DNA of 37,140 nucleotides, from positions 1 through 37,140 of the forward strand of contig DASSXV010000011.1 of assembly GCA_035703635.1 (NCBI GenBank), written 5' to 3'. How positions within the stretch are numbered: the first letter of the stretch is position 1; each line of letters begins with the position of its first letter. This DNA is from Trueperaceae bacterium (GTDB taxonomy: Bacteria; Deinococcota; Deinococci; Deinococcales; Trueperaceae). Position numbers and translations under genes: made by a program. The notes under the pieces were generated by a model that did not search any database, was not told the DNA's origin, and worked only from the letters and a program-made list of their open reading frames with translations. Below, in pieces: positions 36,401 through 37,140 of this stretch.

Positions 36401-36642
36401 CTCACGGCCGCGTGCACGCGCGGTCCCTCGCTGCGCACGAGCGTCGGCTCAGCCGCGCGTAGTTGAGACAGCGCAACCGTGAGGCTCTGCTTCGAGTCGC
36501 CGGCGTTGGGCCAGAACAACTCCGCGAGGAAGCGGCGATACTGCGGGCCCTCGAGAGCCAAGTACGTCAGGAGCAACAACGGCTTAGGGCGACTGAAGCG
36601 CACGCCCGAGAGCGACAACCTACCTAGGGTACGGAGAAGCAT
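33451..36642 (-). CDS. SARP/BTAD-like wHTH + STAND (NB-ARC-like) NTPase + TPR-like transcriptional regulator
   Basis: LRTLG...KPLLLLTYLALEG..RR.LAELFWP; FLGRDGEL; Walker A GLGGIGKT; Walker B LLVIDD; ITSR; GSPLGIELAA; FELHPLV; helical repeats. Confidence 0.9.
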   Translation of the reverse strand: MLLRTLGRLSLSGVRFSRPKPLLLLTYLALEGPQYRRFLAELFWPNAGDSKQSLTVALSQLRAAEPTLVRSEGPRVHAAVSCDAEQFRAATANGEWERALGLYEGAFLAGVDVESGNIELEEWLFATRELFALSAQAVLMELAERALARADLPEVSSLAERAVRLAPDGGGDPLRLGRLHALLAEVDSPRLGALRKEADALGVALPVRKAQRENAVLRSLPTNFTPFLGRDGELASLQALFEADARLVTITGLGGIGKTRLAVELARRLTAAGRYRQVLFISLGGAKVDDQFAALAADALPGPNRGRRASDRAEGEGDGKVLLVIDDLDPTASLRDQIEELLNGSALLDVVITSRLPLGSVAETQFQLTGLNLGGDGPGIGSPSDAVALYLLTARRYDSTFEPGPVDIVSVRRICELVAGSPLGIELAASLSRVLPTSELLSEMQLTLDVLGNGQGAMPERHHSVRAIFDNSWSRLTADERAALAGCALFRGGFTRSAAGRVLGLDLKLLNTLLERSLLRRNGNRFELHPLVQQYAAEKLDGYRLEVEQWRERHAVHYTSWFASKRPADQRSGQRQALEELGTDFLNLQAAWQWATSAGRTDLIEQAVFMTSRFLLLRGRTSELNRLLELADGVAASGSMLRARVLRWRAAIAGWSDPVSAQRLLGEALAIHVDLGRKDGLGQLYHHLGLVAAFQGDTELARRHWNAAIPLLELRDDEELLGAACSNLSLVTALASQHEELAQRAHDVCVERGATAQLAVCLANEAGEAHYAYGDSVTAVARLEEAIKLEESEGGRDDYLERFYVRQAHDLLNLGDLEGAAARLAQAYRLIEERDTHNYPDQGLFPPIELVEALLLDARGEPEAACAVAERAPTDRLCREVLVRLALEAGNAAAAEGHLATLITLRGYGYAVRARLHERAVEQLFTAELARVTSAAAAATSDEVEATLQRAVALECLGSVLDDALTYTFIPLALEAITAARALSPDLCPLPGLELAARHVASRFYVRRRAAAMLPPDRPPATEAVVGGWLHVPPTELVPIVSALARDVRAKLAAAMNVRGRSD

Positions 36643-37010
36643 GGCATCAAGCGCGACCCAAGCCGCTGAACCATGACGTTCGCGTTCGATCCGACCTAGC
36701 CATGACCCTCCCCGTCGCCAGCCTGATCGAGGCCCACGCAAGCGGCCACGGCCGCCATCAGCGCCCGCTCGAAAGGTGATTGGCGCCGCCTCCGGGCCCG
36801 AAATGCACTTGCAGGCATTCTGCCATATGGCGCGTCGGCTAGAAACGGTTGATGATACGGTCCAGGACACACCTGGGACAGTATCCACGTCTTCCGCTCC
36901 AGCATGCGAGCATAGGAGGTGAGCGCCGCTGGCGCCGTCAGGGCGTGCAGGACGAGAGATCTGTGACCCCACCGGGCGGAAATTCAGTCTCGTCGTAGCC
37001 GCCCGTCAGC

Positions 37011-37140
37011 TCAGCTCTCGGCCACATCCTTGCCGAGCACGTCGCGCACGTACAGGTGCTTCACGAGCAGCACGATCACCGCCGCGAACGGCGTGGCGAC
37101 GAGGATCCCTAGGAAACCGAAGAGCTTGCCCATGACGGTG
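37011..37140 (-). CDS. Membrane transporter C-terminus, probably AI-2E family (partial)
   Basis: Manual translation: TVMGKLFGFLGILVATPFAAVIVLLVKHLYVRDVLGKDVAES*. Confidence 0.75.
   Translation of the reverse strand, partial: TVMGKLFGFLGILVATPFAAVIVLLVKHLYVRDVLGKDVAES

Noticed and set aside
36643-36972. 110-aa N-terminal extension of the STAND regulator
   Set aside because: It has no domain-like character; the family pattern starts at MLLRTLG.
32597-37140. Island integrated at tRNA-Arg(TCT)
   Set aside because: No duplicate of the tRNA 3' end and no integrase seen within the window.

Overview
GC-rich bacterial chromosome segment, probably Deinococcota (Trueperaceae-like). This is inferred from gene content and from TANNNT -10 boxes sitting 5-7 nt upstream of many start codons. 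The left ~9.5 kb is accessory DNA. It starts with a tRNA-Pro(GGG) whose 3' 43 bp are repeated 2.5 kb downstream. The repeats bracket an integrase-less islet carrying only an AbiEi/AbiEii-type (type IV) toxin-antitoxin pair. Next come small cargo genes, a beta-propeller lipoprotein, and a compact two-gene operon: an atypical MerR-like HTH protein and a VWA-Macro fusion whose macrodomain has altered catalytic motifs. That operon is the best candidate for an undescribed system. The centre is largely housekeeping and transport: APC permease, beta-PGM-GH65 fusion, heterodimeric ABC exporter, MFS, protease, tRNA-Arg(CCT), prfA, icd, mpg, CDF, M20 hydrolase fused to an extra domain, ATL, miaB and two NUDIX genes. 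The right end has a tRNA Pro-Gly-Arg cluster and a SARP/BTAD-NTPase-TPR regulator. Helically phased repeats lie between that regulator and a small secreted-protein gene. All family calls come from motif recognition by eye; no searches were run.
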